From positions 52-64,051 of the forward strand of contig JAEUIN010000215.1 of assembly GCA_016793115.1 (NCBI GenBank): 64,000 nt of DNA, read 5' to 3'. This DNA is from Planctomycetaceae bacterium (GTDB lineage: Bacteria; Planctomycetota; Planctomycetia; Pirellulales; PNKZ01). This document shows positions 49,844 to 61,987 of the stretch, in pieces (position 1 is the stretch's first letter; each line of letters starts with the position of its first letter). The position numbers and the translations under genes were made by a program. The notes under the pieces were generated by a model. It saw only the letters and a program-made list of their open reading frames with translations. It did not search any database and was not told where the DNA came from.

Positions 49844-51265
49844 ATGGATCACTACTTCTATCCCGTCAACGATTTCGGCCCGTTGATGAAGGGCATGGTG
49901 ATCGGCGGGATTGGGATCATCCATGTCTTCTTAGCGCAATTCGCGATCGGCGGCGGTATCCTGCTTTGCTATTTTCAACGGCTGGCCATGTCCGGCCGTA
50001 ATGCATTAGCTCGCGAGTTCGTCGATGGGTACTTTCGCTGGCTCGTGCTCATCAGCTTCGTTTTGGGTGCGCTGACCGGCGTCAGCATGTGGTTCACGAC
50101 GATTCAGGTCGGACCGCGAACGATCGGTCTTATGGTCGACCAATTCCACTGGTTGTGGGCGACGGAATGGACCTTCTTTTGCCTGGAAGTCGCAGCCGGC
50201 TACGCCTTCTATCGCTATGGTACGCGTCTCACCGACCGCACGCGATTCAGTCTCCTCGCGACATATTCCTTCGCGGCATGGATGAGCCTTTTTTGGATCA
50301 ATGGAATCCTTTCTTGGCAACTCACTCCTGCCGGGTGGCTTTCGACGCACGATGTCTGGCAAGGAATGTTTAATCCGTCGTTCTGGCCTTCGTTGATCTT
50401 TCGCACCATTTCGTCGCTGTCCGAGGCCGGTCTCTTCGCCTGTCTCATAATCAACTTCGTGCCGCACTGGACGCGCGAGCAAAAGGCCTCGATGTTCAAT
50501 CAGGCCTTCCGCTTCCTTGTGCCGATGACGCTGATGCCCGTCGTAGGCGCCTGGTATTTCGGCGTGGTACCCGAAGACAGCCGCGAATGGGTTTTCGGAG
50601 AGAGCGTGGCAATGAACATGTTCCTTATGATCAGCGTCGGCGCCTCCGTACTGATCGGCATCTATGCCGCGGTCATGCTGATCAATCGACGGATGTTTCT
50701 CAACGGAACGACGTCATTATTGCTCATCGTCTTGGCGCTCGCCGCAACGGCGGGCGGCGAATTTGTCCGTGAAGGAATGCGCAAGCCGTACACCGTGCGC
50801 AATATGCTCTATTCCAATTCCATTACGGAATCCGAAGCGGCTGAACTACGCAAGAAGGGTTCGGTCGCGAGCGATCCGTATCCCCTTCGCGACGAAGCAA
50901 GCTATCCAAACAGGCAACTCGTCGTCGGCGCGAAGGTGTATCGCATGCAGTGTGCGGTTTGCCATACCGAAGACGGTGCCAACGGACTCCTCGGGCTGAC
51001 GAAAACCTGGACTCCGGAACAACAGCGTCTCAACATCGCTCAATTGCAGCGAACAAAGCCGTTCATGCCGCCGTTTGCCGGACCGCCTGAGGAACTGGAA
51101 TCGCTCGTCCAATGGCTCCGCTGGCGTGTGGCGGGCAAGCCGGCGACCTGGAAAGAATCGAACGATCCCGCCGTGCTGGCGAAGATCCAAGCGCATCTTG
51201 ACGAAGTCGGCACGGCACCCGGCATTGCCGTAGCACGCACCGTCGCGAACCCCACAAGCCCCTAA
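49844..51265 (+). CDS. Cytochrome bd subunit I-like membrane protein fused to a C-terminal cytochrome c
   Basis: CydA-like HVFLAQFAIGGG, ATEWTFF.LE, NGILSWQLTP, EGMRKPY; CAVCH and MPPF haem c motifs. Confidence 0.8.
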   Translation: MDHYFYPVNDFGPLMKGMVIGGIGIIHVFLAQFAIGGGILLCYFQRLAMSGRNALAREFVDGYFRWLVLISFVLGALTGVSMWFTTIQVGPRTIGLMVDQFHWLWATEWTFFCLEVAAGYAFYRYGTRLTDRTRFSLLATYSFAAWMSLFWINGILSWQLTPAGWLSTHDVWQGMFNPSFWPSLIFRTISSLSEAGLFACLIINFVPHWTREQKASMFNQAFRFLVPMTLMPVVGAWYFGVVPEDSREWVFGESVAMNMFLMISVGASVLIGIYAAVMLINRRMFLNGTTSLLLIVLALAATAGGEFVREGMRKPYTVRNMLYSNSITESEAAELRKKGSVASDPYPLRDEASYPNRQLVVGAKVYRMQCAVCHTEDGANGLLGLTKTWTPEQQRLNIAQLQRTKPFMPPFAGPPEELESLVQWLRWRVAGKPATWKESNDPAVLAKIQAHLDEVGTAPGIAVARTVANPTSP

Positions 51266-51287
51266 CTCGTGCGCCGGTCGTATTCCA

Positions 51288-52415
51288 ATGTTTCCGTTCG
51301 ATCACTCCGCAGCGACGATCTTTTACCTACTGCTGTACGGCATAACGCTCGTGTTGCACGTTTTGCCGATGAACTATGTGCTTGCCGGGTCGACGTATTT
51401 GGCCGCTTATGGTGTTTGGGAGGCGATTCGGGGCCCGGTTGAATCACAACGTTCGCTCGCCGCGGTGCTGCGCGATGTGATGCCGATCGCCTTAGCCGTA
51501 ACGATCACGGCGGCGGTAGCGCCGTTGCTGTTTTTGCAAATCCTCTACCAAAAGCCGTTCTATACCGCAAACTTACTCCTCTTCAATCGCTGGATGGCGA
51601 TCCTTCCGGTGCTCATCATCGCCTTCTATTTGCTCTATTTACAGAAGAGCAAACTGTGGCCCAAGTTCTCTTCGCAAACTCGCGCCGCCGTATCGAGCGG
51701 CATTCTGGCAAGCTTCGGTTTTGTGGCGTGGTCGTGGACCGAGAATCATCTCTTGAGCCTTCGCGATCAAGCGACTTGGTCGGCGGTTTTCGCTTCGCCG
51801 AAGTGGTTCTACCACGACCGGGAACTCATGCCGCGACTACTCGTTTGGTACGCCGGCGCGTTTCCGATACTCGCTCTCGCGCTGGCTTGGCAACGACATT
51901 TCAGCGACGTCTCGAACGCCTCGGGGCCAACCCCGGCCGACGATTCCGAAGGCGTTGAAGTCGAACGTAGTACGACCCGCACGCTTGCCATCATGGCAAT
52001 TACCGGCCTGGGGGCGGCCGTAGTCGCAGGGGGCGGCTACTACTGGTATCTCGAATCGGAAATCCGCATCCAGTTGGTCAGTTGGGAGTCGGCACCCTAT
52101 TTGGCTGCGGCGATCGTCGGCATCGGGGTGCAGATAGCCGGCTGGCGACGGTCTCTCGGCGGCGAAAAGATGAGTCGCCTGCGGTTGCTGACGACATCGG
52201 TCGGCGCCCTCATGGCAGTCGGCGGGGCAACAACTCTCCGCGAAGTCCGCCGTGTTGCATCGATCAACCTGCTCGATCACGCCGGGCTTCATGAAGCCGC
52301 CGCGAAAATCGGCGGACTGGGCGTGTTTCTTGTGTTCTTTGCGGTGAATTTTTCCGCAATCGCCTTGGTTGTTCGTGCCGTCCGCCGCGGTTTGCATGAG
52401 AATTCGCCGCGTTAG
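51288..52415 (+). CDS. Polytopic membrane partner of the bd-like protein
   Basis: LHVLPMNYVLAG, AVAPLLFLQILY; many TM helices; 22 bp downstream of the bd-like gene. Confidence 0.7.
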   Translation: MFPFDHSAATIFYLLLYGITLVLHVLPMNYVLAGSTYLAAYGVWEAIRGPVESQRSLAAVLRDVMPIALAVTITAAVAPLLFLQILYQKPFYTANLLLFNRWMAILPVLIIAFYLLYLQKSKLWPKFSSQTRAAVSSGILASFGFVAWSWTENHLLSLRDQATWSAVFASPKWFYHDRELMPRLLVWYAGAFPILALALAWQRHFSDVSNASGPTPADDSEGVEVERSTTRTLAIMAITGLGAAVVAGGGYYWYLESEIRIQLVSWESAPYLAAAIVGIGVQIAGWRRSLGGEKMSRLRLLTTSVGALMAVGGATTLREVRRVASINLLDHAGLHEAAAKIGGLGVFLVFFAVNFSAIALVVRAVRRGLHENSPR

Positions 52416-52517
52416 CCTGCGAACCGGCCGCCGATCTGCCGTTTCCTAACCTGTCGTAGCGCGGGTATTCTGAATACTAGTCCTTTTTAGGACGGTCGCC
52501 CGTCGCGCCGCCCGAAC

Positions 52518-53846
52518 ATGTCGAATATGTCTGAAATTGCCATGAGTCAGAATCCCCTTCCGTCGCCGATCGACGTATCGCAGCCGTTTAAGATCACGCT
52601 CGCCGAACGAATGAGCCGCTTGCCGGCCTATCTGTTCGCGAAGATCAATAGTGCGCTTTACCAAAAGCGTCGCGCAGGCGAAGACGTCATTGACTTAGGG
52701 ATGGGCAACCCATCGGAACCGCCGCACGATTCGGTGATCGACAAACTGATTGAGGCGGCCCGCGATCCGCGCAATCACGGCTACAGCCAGTCGATCGGCA
52801 TCTTGAACCTACGCCGCGAAGTGGCGGGCAAATACTTACGCCGGCACGGGGTCCGTCTCGATCCTGAGAAGGAAGTCGTCGTTTGTCTCGGGTCGAAGGA
52901 AGGCTTTAGCCACATGTGCTTGGCCTTGATGGGACCCGGCGATACGGCGATCGTACCCGCCCCCTACTTTCCGGCACATGTGTACGCCGTCGCGTTGGCG
53001 TCGGGGAACTGTATTACGCTCGACGTCGCGGATAGCGACAAGTTTCTTTCAAACGTCGCCTACACGTGCCAACATCTGCATCCGCGGCCAAAGTTGCTGA
53101 TCGTCAACTATCCGCACAATCCGAGCGGAGCGACGGTCGATCCGCAATTCTTCGTCGAAGTCGTCAAATTGGCGAAGCGTTACGGCTTTATGGTCATCAG
53201 CGACTCCGCCTACGCCGATGTCGCATTCGACGGCTACGTTCCGCCGAGCTTCCTTTCAGCGCCCGGGGCCAGCGAAGTCGGCGTCGAGTTTACGACGATG
53301 AGCAAGGGCTACAACATGGCCGGCTGGCGCGTCGGCTACGCCTGCGGCAATGCGGAGATGGTGAAGGCCCTGGCGACGATCAAAGCCTACTACGACTATG
53401 GCATGTTCCAGGCCGTGCAGATCGCGGCGATTATGGCGCTGCGGAATACCGAAGCCGCGGTCGAATCTCAAGCCAAACTCTATCAGCGACGGCGCGATGT
53501 CCTCGTCGAAGGACTGCGCAGGATCGGCTGGACCGTAACTCCGCCGCGGGCCGGCATGTTCGTCTGGGCCAAGATTCCCGAGCAGTACCTCAAGAATATG
53601 GACACGCTCCAGTTCGCGATGAAGCTCCTGGAGGAAGGGGGCGTCGCGGTCAGCCCAGGCACCGGCTTCGGCCCGGCAGGCGAAGGCTACTTGCGAATGG
53701 CGCTCGTCGAAAACGAAAACCGCCTTCGGCAGGCCGTGCGACAAATGGGGCGTTGCTTGTTGGGAAACGAAGCGAAACCCGCACCGTCCGAAGCGACCAA
53801 GGTCGAAGCGGCGTCTCCGCCCACGTCTCAGCCGGCGACGAACTGA
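52518..53846 (+). CDS. PLP-dependent class I/II aminotransferase (AlaC/DapL-like)
   Basis: [35 protein letters not shown]. Confidence 0.9.
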   Translation: MSNMSEIAMSQNPLPSPIDVSQPFKITLAERMSRLPAYLFAKINSALYQKRRAGEDVIDLGMGNPSEPPHDSVIDKLIEAARDPRNHGYSQSIGILNLRREVAGKYLRRHGVRLDPEKEVVVCLGSKEGFSHMCLALMGPGDTAIVPAPYFPAHVYAVALASGNCITLDVADSDKFLSNVAYTCQHLHPRPKLLIVNYPHNPSGATVDPQFFVEVVKLAKRYGFMVISDSAYADVAFDGYVPPSFLSAPGASEVGVEFTTMSKGYNMAGWRVGYACGNAEMVKALATIKAYYDYGMFQAVQIAAIMALRNTEAAVESQAKLYQRRRDVLVEGLRRIGWTVTPPRAGMFVWAKIPEQYLKNMDTLQFAMKLLEEGGVAVSPGTGFGPAGEGYLRMALVENENRLRQAVRQMGRCLLGNEAKPAPSEATKVEAASPPTSQPATN

Positions 53847-54064
53847 CCCCCGCGGACAACCTCCTCGATCTGCGCCGTCGGCCCAGCTATTGGCCTTAGA
53901 CGGCCGGAGTTGTCGTTCGCGTACGGGCTACGGATTTCGCTGGGATTCTTACTTCCGAGCCATCGCAGGTTGGGCTCCTAGTCGCCCTCTGCATGCGGCG
54001 ATATAATCTGCGGAATTCGTCGCAGCTTGCCGGTCCACACAGTGCGGCTTAAGCCGCCGTGGGC

Positions 54065-54103
54065 AAAAAAAAAGAGGTCCCTGCTCGCCGGGGCAGGAAC
54101 CTC
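54065..54103 (-). terminator. Intrinsic terminator
   Basis: GAGGTTCCTGC...GCAGGGACCTC followed by T9 on the minus strand. Confidence 0.8.
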
Positions 54104-54177
54104 CAAGGCTGCCCGAAAGCAGGTTGCCCTGCATCCGGAGACCCACAGCCGTATGATTTGCTATCGGTCCGGACACC
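54065..54177 (-). ncRNA. Candidate orphan structured small RNA
   Basis: Extended -10 TGCTAAAGT (54191-54183), stacked hairpins, strong terminator with U9; no downstream gene on this strand. Confidence 0.45.
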
Positions 54178-54402
54178 GGGCAACTTTAGCAAGCTCAACG
54201 GCGTAGCGAAGTTAAGAATTTCGCGTGCCATGCCGCGACGTTCGCAATCGTCGCCTGCGGCATAGTCGTCAGATTTTAACTTCGCTGTTTAAGGACGTGA
54301 TTGGGCTGTCGGGCCTCGATGCTCGACGTCCCGCCGCTTAGCTCGATTGTCGCACAGTTCCGAACACCGAGTCGATTTGCTCAGAAGGACGACCTCGAAA
54401 AA

Positions 54403-55530
54403 ATGACTCAAGTTGCGAAGCTTGCCTTGGAAGATGGAACGGTGTTCACCGGACGCGCGATCGGCGCCGAGGGGGAAGTCGACGGCGAAGTGTGCTTCAA
54501 CACTTCGATGACCGGCTATCAGGAAATCCTTACCGATCCCAGCTATCGCGGCCAAATCGTCACGATGACGTATCCGCAAATCGGCAATTACGGCGTCAAT
54601 GCGGACGACGTCGAGAGCGCGAAGCCGCATCTTTCCGGCTTCGTCGTCAAAGAATTGAGCGGCCGCGTAAGTAACTTCCGCGCCGACGGCGACCTCGGCG
54701 CATATTTGAAGAAGTACAACATCGTCGGCATCGACGGCGTCGACACCCGGGCCCTCGTCCGCAAGCTGCGAATCACCGGTGCGATGAAGGGCGTGCTCTC
54801 GACGACCGATCTCGACGATCGCAGCCTCGTCGCCAAGGCGAAAGCGTCGCCGGGCCTCGTCGGACGCGATTTAGTTCGCGAAGTCATGCCGACACAGCCC
54901 CGCGAGTGGTCGGAAAACCTCAGTCCGTGGATGAAACTGGAACAGAGCCAAACTTCGGCCGACGACGCCGGCAAGCCGCACGTGGTCGCACTGGACTACG
55001 GCATGAAGTGGAATATCCCCCGCTATCTGCGCGACGAAGGGTTCCGCGTCACCGTGATGCCGGGCACCGCAAGCGCGGCCGACGTGCTAGCGGCCGATCC
55101 CGACGGCGTGTTCCTTTCCAACGGCCCCGGCGATCCCGAACCGCTCGAATACGCCGTGCAAACGATTCAAGGCGTCCTGGGAAAAAAGCCGATCTTCGGC
55201 ATCTGCCTCGGCCACCAGCTGCTATCGCTGGCCTGCGGAGCCAAGACGTTTAAACTCAAGTTCGGGCACCGTGGAGCCAATCAGCCGGTCATGAACCTGC
55301 AGACCGGCGTGGTGGAGATCACCTCGCAAAACCACGGGTTCGCCGTCGACGAGCCTTCGCTGCCCAGCGACTTGGAAGTGACCCACCGCAATCTCAACGA
55401 CAACACGATCGAAGGGGTGCGGCACAAGAAGGTGCCGGCGTTCTCCGTCCAATACCACCCGGAAGCCTCCGCCGGTCCGCACGACAGCAGCTATTTGTTC
55501 AAGCAGTTCCGCGAACTGATCGGGAAGTAG
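54403..55530 (+). CDS. carA: Carbamoyl-phosphate synthase small chain
   Basis: FNTSMTGYQEILTDPSY, SNGPGDP, GICLGHQ, QYHPEA. Confidence 0.96.
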   Translation: MTQVAKLALEDGTVFTGRAIGAEGEVDGEVCFNTSMTGYQEILTDPSYRGQIVTMTYPQIGNYGVNADDVESAKPHLSGFVVKELSGRVSNFRADGDLGAYLKKYNIVGIDGVDTRALVRKLRITGAMKGVLSTTDLDDRSLVAKAKASPGLVGRDLVREVMPTQPREWSENLSPWMKLEQSQTSADDAGKPHVVALDYGMKWNIPRYLRDEGFRVTVMPGTASAADVLAADPDGVFLSNGPGDPEPLEYAVQTIQGVLGKKPIFGICLGHQLLSLACGAKTFKLKFGHRGANQPVMNLQTGVVEITSQNHGFAVDEPSLPSDLEVTHRNLNDNTIEGVRHKKVPAFSVQYHPEASAGPHDSSYLFKQFRELIGK

Positions 55531-55568
55531 CCCAGCCTGTCGGGGATGCGCCGGGGCCGGACTGCGAT

Positions 55569-56102
55569 CTATCGCAACGTCCCCAGCGCGATGCCGGCCC
55601 CATTGACGACCGCAGCGATCCGCAGCAGGTCGTGAACGTTCGACTCGGTCATGCCCGTTTCCAGCAGCTTGGCCTCGTGCGACTTCAAGCACGACTCGCA
55701 GCCCGCCACGGCGGCACACCCGAACGCCGCAGCTTCATATTTCACTCGCGACGTCGGGCTCATCATCCGGTTCATTCGCAGGCTCGGCCGCATCTGCTCG
55801 TAGTCTGCTTTCCCCAGTAGACCGCGCGACTTGTAATACACGGTCGTCATCCCCATCAACGCCGCAGCGGCCTGCGCGTCGGCGGCTTCGTCGTCGTTGA
55901 GCAGCGACGCCGAATCGGCCCGAATCGCATCGGCCAGCGCCGTCGCACCCACGAAGTGGGCGACGGCCAGTGCCGTGCAATAGGTCGTCGCCGGATCGAC
56001 GCTCGTGCCGCGCAGTATGCTCGACAAATTCAGCCGCAAGTCCTTGCAGGCGTCGGGCAGCGGGGCCAGGAGAGCTTCAACGCTCGAAGTATCGGTGCTC
56101 AT
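55569..56102 (-). CDS. ahpD: Alkyl hydroperoxide reductase AhpD
   Basis: KDLRLNLSS, AAALMGM, LRMN, GCESCLKSHE; immediately follows ahpC. Confidence 0.88.
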   Translation of the reverse strand: MSTDTSSVEALLAPLPDACKDLRLNLSSILRGTSVDPATTYCTALAVAHFVGATALADAIRADSASLLNDDEAADAQAAAALMGMTTVYYKSRGLLGKADYEQMRPSLRMNRMMSPTSRVKYEAAAFGCAAVAGCESCLKSHEAKLLETGMTESNVHDLLRIAAVVNGAGIALGTLR

Positions 56103-56132
56103 AGCTTTTTTGCTGCTTTCCGCGGCAACGAG

Positions 56133-56165
56133 CGTTAGCCCCCGGCGAACCGCCGGAGGCTAACG
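56133..56165. repeat. Intercistronic hairpin (REP-like or mRNA stabiliser)
   Basis: CGTTAGCCCCCGGCG-AAC-CGCCGGAGGCTAACG, with no U-tail. Confidence 0.6.
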
Positions 56166-56195
56166 ACCCGAAAACGCTTGGACATCGAGGAGAAA

Positions 56196-56723
56196 CTACA
56201 CCTTGATCGTCGCGTCGCCCTTCTTCCAATTGCACGGGCAAAGCTCGTCCGACTGCAGCGCGTCGAGCACGCGGAGAACCTCGTCGGTGCTACGGCCTAC
56301 GCTCAACGCGTTTGCGCAAACCCACTGCACGATGCCGTTCGGGTCGACGATATAGGTCACCCGCAGGCACACGTCCTCGTTCGGGTCGAGAATCCCCAGG
56401 TCGCGAGAGAGCCGCTGGGCCGCCAAAAGCGGGTACTTCAGCTGCTTCAAGCCTTCGTGCTGCTGGCACCAAGCCAAGTGCGAGTACTCATTATCGGTGC
56501 TGGCGCCGTAAACGACCGCGTCGCGATCGCTAAAGTCCTTCAAACGCTTGTTGAAGTCCACGAGCTCGGTCGGGCAGATAAACGTGAAGTCTTTCGGATA
56601 AAAGACGAACACGCTCCATTTCCCCTTCGCCGACTCATTGGTGATCGTCGTCAGCGACTCGGCGTTCGGGCCGACGTTGGCGTGGCACTTGAACTTCGGA
56701 AACTCTTGGCCGACCAGAATCAT
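56196..56723 (-). CDS. ahpC: 2-Cys peroxiredoxin AhpC
   Basis: FYPKDFTFICPTE, VGR, ELCPCNW; RBS GAGGAG. Confidence 0.94.
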   Translation of the reverse strand: MILVGQEFPKFKCHANVGPNAESLTTITNESAKGKWSVFVFYPKDFTFICPTELVDFNKRLKDFSDRDAVVYGASTDNEYSHLAWCQQHEGLKQLKYPLLAAQRLSRDLGILDPNEDVCLRVTYIVDPNGIVQWVCANALSVGRSTDEVLRVLDALQSDELCPCNWKKGDATIKV

Positions 56724-56927
56724 GAAACTCTCCTCAAACAGCGGGTATGAAAAACGAGTGAATACCGAATAGATGCGACCGATTCTCGCCTTCTCGGCGA
56801 CGTCGACAAGCCCCTCGCGCCGAGCCGGACGTTCGCTCGGAGCCTCTACAGGATAGCGCTCGCGCGTCGATTCGTCCAAGGCATCGATTGCATATGATCA
56901 ATGCCTTTTGGTAATACGCCCCGTCAA

Positions 56928-57896
56928 TCAGCCGGTTTTTACGGCAATTAAGAACACGTCGCACCCCGTTCGCTCGGCCGCGACGCGCCTTCGGCTCGCC
57001 GGAATCCCCGCCATTTGTCCTAGCACTGTCATCTGATCGAACGTGCGGTACGTCAGGTACCAGTTGCCGATCCACTCCATATAGGCCCGCGTCGAGCAGT
57101 GCCGGGCGAAGTTTCCCACATAGGCCGTTCCGCCGGGGGCGAGCGAATCCCAAAACAGCCGCAGCAGCGCCGCCGCGTCGGTGTCGTTCAGATAGTCGAA
57201 CAGCCCGGTGCAGGCGATGAAGTCCGCGCCTCCCAAGAGTTCCGCGCCTCGTTTGCCCCGGGCCAGCCGAAACAGATTCTCGCGTACCGTGCGAATCTGC
57301 CCGTCGTCCACCAGCCTGCGCAGCTCGCCGCGCCCGAAGTCCAAAGCCTGTTCGTCGATATCGACGAGCGTCAGGCGCAGCCGCCGCCGCTCCTCGTCGT
57401 CGAGTGCTTCCGCCGCCAGCCGCAGATCGACCGCCGGCCCGCTGCCGACGCTCACCACCCGAAACTCCTCCCCCGCCCCCCTGCCCCCGCCCCGCAACCG
57501 CTCGGCGATCGCCGCGCCGATCAGTTCCATCCGCGCCCGCACGGCCTCCACCGCCTCCTGCCGCAAGAAATACCGGTCGAACAGCCGACCCAATGGGTCA
57601 TCGCATTCGCGTCGGAGCCAAAAGTCGCGCTGCATTTCGAAGTCGCCGGCGTAGCCGCGCGGCTTGAAGCGGGCCCGCCGCTGCAAATCGCCCCGTTCCA
57701 ACAGCGAGCCGGCGACCTTCCAAAGCGCGTCGCTCGGCAATTGATTGTCGCGACCCTCCGGCCCGATCGCGCGGAGTCGCGCCAAGCATTCATCCAGCGC
57801 CGCGGCGACTACGCCTTCGCCGTCCGGCGCAGACCAATATTTGAGGCGCTCGACCAGCTCACGGCCGATCTGCTCCAGGTCCGGAAACGAACTCAT
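56928..57896 (-). CDS. Class I SAM-dependent methyltransferase with a KPRGYAGDF motif
   Basis: SVGSGPA motif I, LVDID, GLFDYL, LAPGG..GNF. Confidence 0.8.
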   Translation of the reverse strand: MSSFPDLEQIGRELVERLKYWSAPDGEGVVAAALDECLARLRAIGPEGRDNQLPSDALWKVAGSLLERGDLQRRARFKPRGYAGDFEMQRDFWLRRECDDPLGRLFDRYFLRQEAVEAVRARMELIGAAIAERLRGGGRGAGEEFRVVSVGSGPAVDLRLAAEALDDEERRRLRLTLVDIDEQALDFGRGELRRLVDDGQIRTVRENLFRLARGKRGAELLGGADFIACTGLFDYLNDTDAAALLRLFWDSLAPGGTAYVGNFARHCSTRAYMEWIGNWYLTYRTFDQMTVLGQMAGIPASRRRVAAERTGCDVFLIAVKTG

Positions 57897-57930
57897 GCGG
57901 GGGTTCCTCGCGTTTCCGCCAAGTTTTGCA

Positions 57931-57951
57931 CCTGGGCACTTTATGCCGGGG
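57931..57951. repeat. Palindrome family C copy (degenerate)
   Basis: CCTGGGCACTTTATGCCGGGG. Confidence 0.55.
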
Positions 57952-58057
57952 ACAAGCCGCGCTCTAGGTCGGAACATCCCGGGCCGGTGCAGCTTCCGCA
58001 GCAGGAACTCGGGCGGCGAGTAGGCGCGGTCCATGCCCGTCTCGGTCCACATTCCGC

Positions 58058-58087
58058 GTGGGCCTCGCTTCGCTCGACCTACCCTAC
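58058..58087 (-). repeat. GTAG-type REP
   Basis: Minus strand GTAGGGTAGGTCGAGCGAAGCGAGGCCCAC: GTAG foot plus a hairpin. Confidence 0.65.
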
Positions 58088-58197
58088 GAATTCTCGTCCG
58101 CGAATTCGCGCCGACTGCGTTTGGCCGGCTATTTGTTTCCCGCGGTTTTGATCAATTCGGGCCGAATTTCCGCACCCCCGCCGGCCGGTTCGGCTCC

Positions 58198-58226
58198 TTG
58201 ACGGTTCGGCGTAATCCCTTTAGACT
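58198..58226 (+). promoter_or_regulatory. Sigma70-type promoter of ppdK
   Basis: TTGACG-17 bp-TAGACT. Confidence 0.7.
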
Positions 58227-58389
58227 GACCCGCTTATGTCAGTTTCGCGAGTGCTTGCCTAGCGGCTTGAGCGTTCGCAAACCGAGCCTCGAGAGCGCAC
58301 GCGGATTTGCATTCCGCGTCCGCGGCCAGAGCCGCCGGCTCGAGCGCGTCCAGCACATCTCTTTTCGTTTTCGCGAGGAAGTCGTTTCC

Positions 58390-61113
<2,724 letters not shown>

Positions 61114-61140
61114 TTCGCTCGCTCGCCATTTAACGAACAG

Positions 61141-61176
61141 AAGCCCTCGGCGGAAACGCCGAGGGCTTTTTTGTTT
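61141..61176 (+). terminator. Intrinsic terminator of ppdK
   Basis: AAGCCCTCGGCG-GAAA-CGCCGAGGGCTTTTTTGTTT. Confidence 0.88.
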
Positions 61177-61358
61177 CACCTCTCCCACCGGGAGAGGTCG
61201 CCGCGCAGCGGCGGGTGAGGGACGGCCGGCGTAACGTTTGGTATTGAGTGCTTATCGGCGTCGCAGCGCTGCGACGTCGTACGAAGTTCGACGCCCGACC
61301 CTGGCGCAGCGCGGCCCTCATCCGGCCTTCGGCCGGCTTCTCCCGGCGGGAGAAGGGA
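61177..61358. repeat. Inverted pair of double-hairpin repeats, family D (CCCTCACCC...CTCTCCC...GGGAGAGG)
   Basis: 61177-61221 and a diverged inverted partner at 61315-61358; near-identical copy at 63962. Confidence 0.75.
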
Positions 61359-61473
61359 ATCGGCTCGGCCGCCGTCGGGAAGCGGTCTCGCGCGTCGCAC
61401 CGTTTGAACTTGGCCGGCCGAGCGGCGATAATCGCGACTTGCGCCTTGCCACGCACCGTCACGAGATGAATCC

Positions 61474-61983
61474 ATGATGATTTTGCGGCGAATTGTTTCC
61501 GTGTTTTTGTTCGCCGTCGGATGGTTCGCCGTTTCGGCCGGGGCGACTTCCGCCGCCGAAATCCGCGATGAAGAATACGGCTACTCGTTGACGATGCCGA
61601 GTTTCCCGAGCCTCGGCCCAAGAGAGGTTTATCAGCGGTGGTCGTTCTTGGCACCGGCCGACGGCGATTTCTCCGCGAACGTCAATCTCCAGATCCACAC
61701 CTTTAAGACGACGCGCGACGAGTTCATCGCGCAGAGCGAGGCGCAGTTCGCCAAAGACAAATTCAAAATCAATTCGAAAACGCTGCGTGAAGTCGACGGC
61801 CGGCCGGCCGTGGTTTTCGACTACGAATGGGAGGCGAACTCCGTCGCGTTGAGATTCCTCTGCTTGGCCGTCGTCGAAGCGGAGCGAGTGTTGCTGGTGA
61901 CATGCACGTCGAAAGCGGCCGCGTTCGACAAGTACGAACCAGAATTCAAAAAGGCGATCGATTCCTTTCGGTTGAAAAAGTGA
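61474..61983 (+). CDS. Exported PsbP/DcrB-like hypothetical protein
   Basis: Signal peptide; YGYSL..P, FSANVN, LVTCT, F...IDSFRL. Confidence 0.6.
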   Translation: MMILRRIVSVFLFAVGWFAVSAGATSAAEIRDEEYGYSLTMPSFPSLGPREVYQRWSFLAPADGDFSANVNLQIHTFKTTRDEFIAQSEAQFAKDKFKINSKTLREVDGRPAVVFDYEWEANSVALRFLCLAVVEAERVLLVTCTSKAAAFDKYEPEFKKAIDSFRLKK

Positions 61984-61987
61984 GGTA

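Noticed and set aside
53949-54176. 75-aa minus-strand ORF through the candidate sRNA
   Set aside because: Runs through a strong terminator, has no RBS and no recognisable motif
56883-56913. OxyR-like site upstream of ahpC
   Set aside because: AT-rich dyad ATTG-N8-CAAT is present but the spacing does not fit ATAG-N7-CTAT; too weak to call
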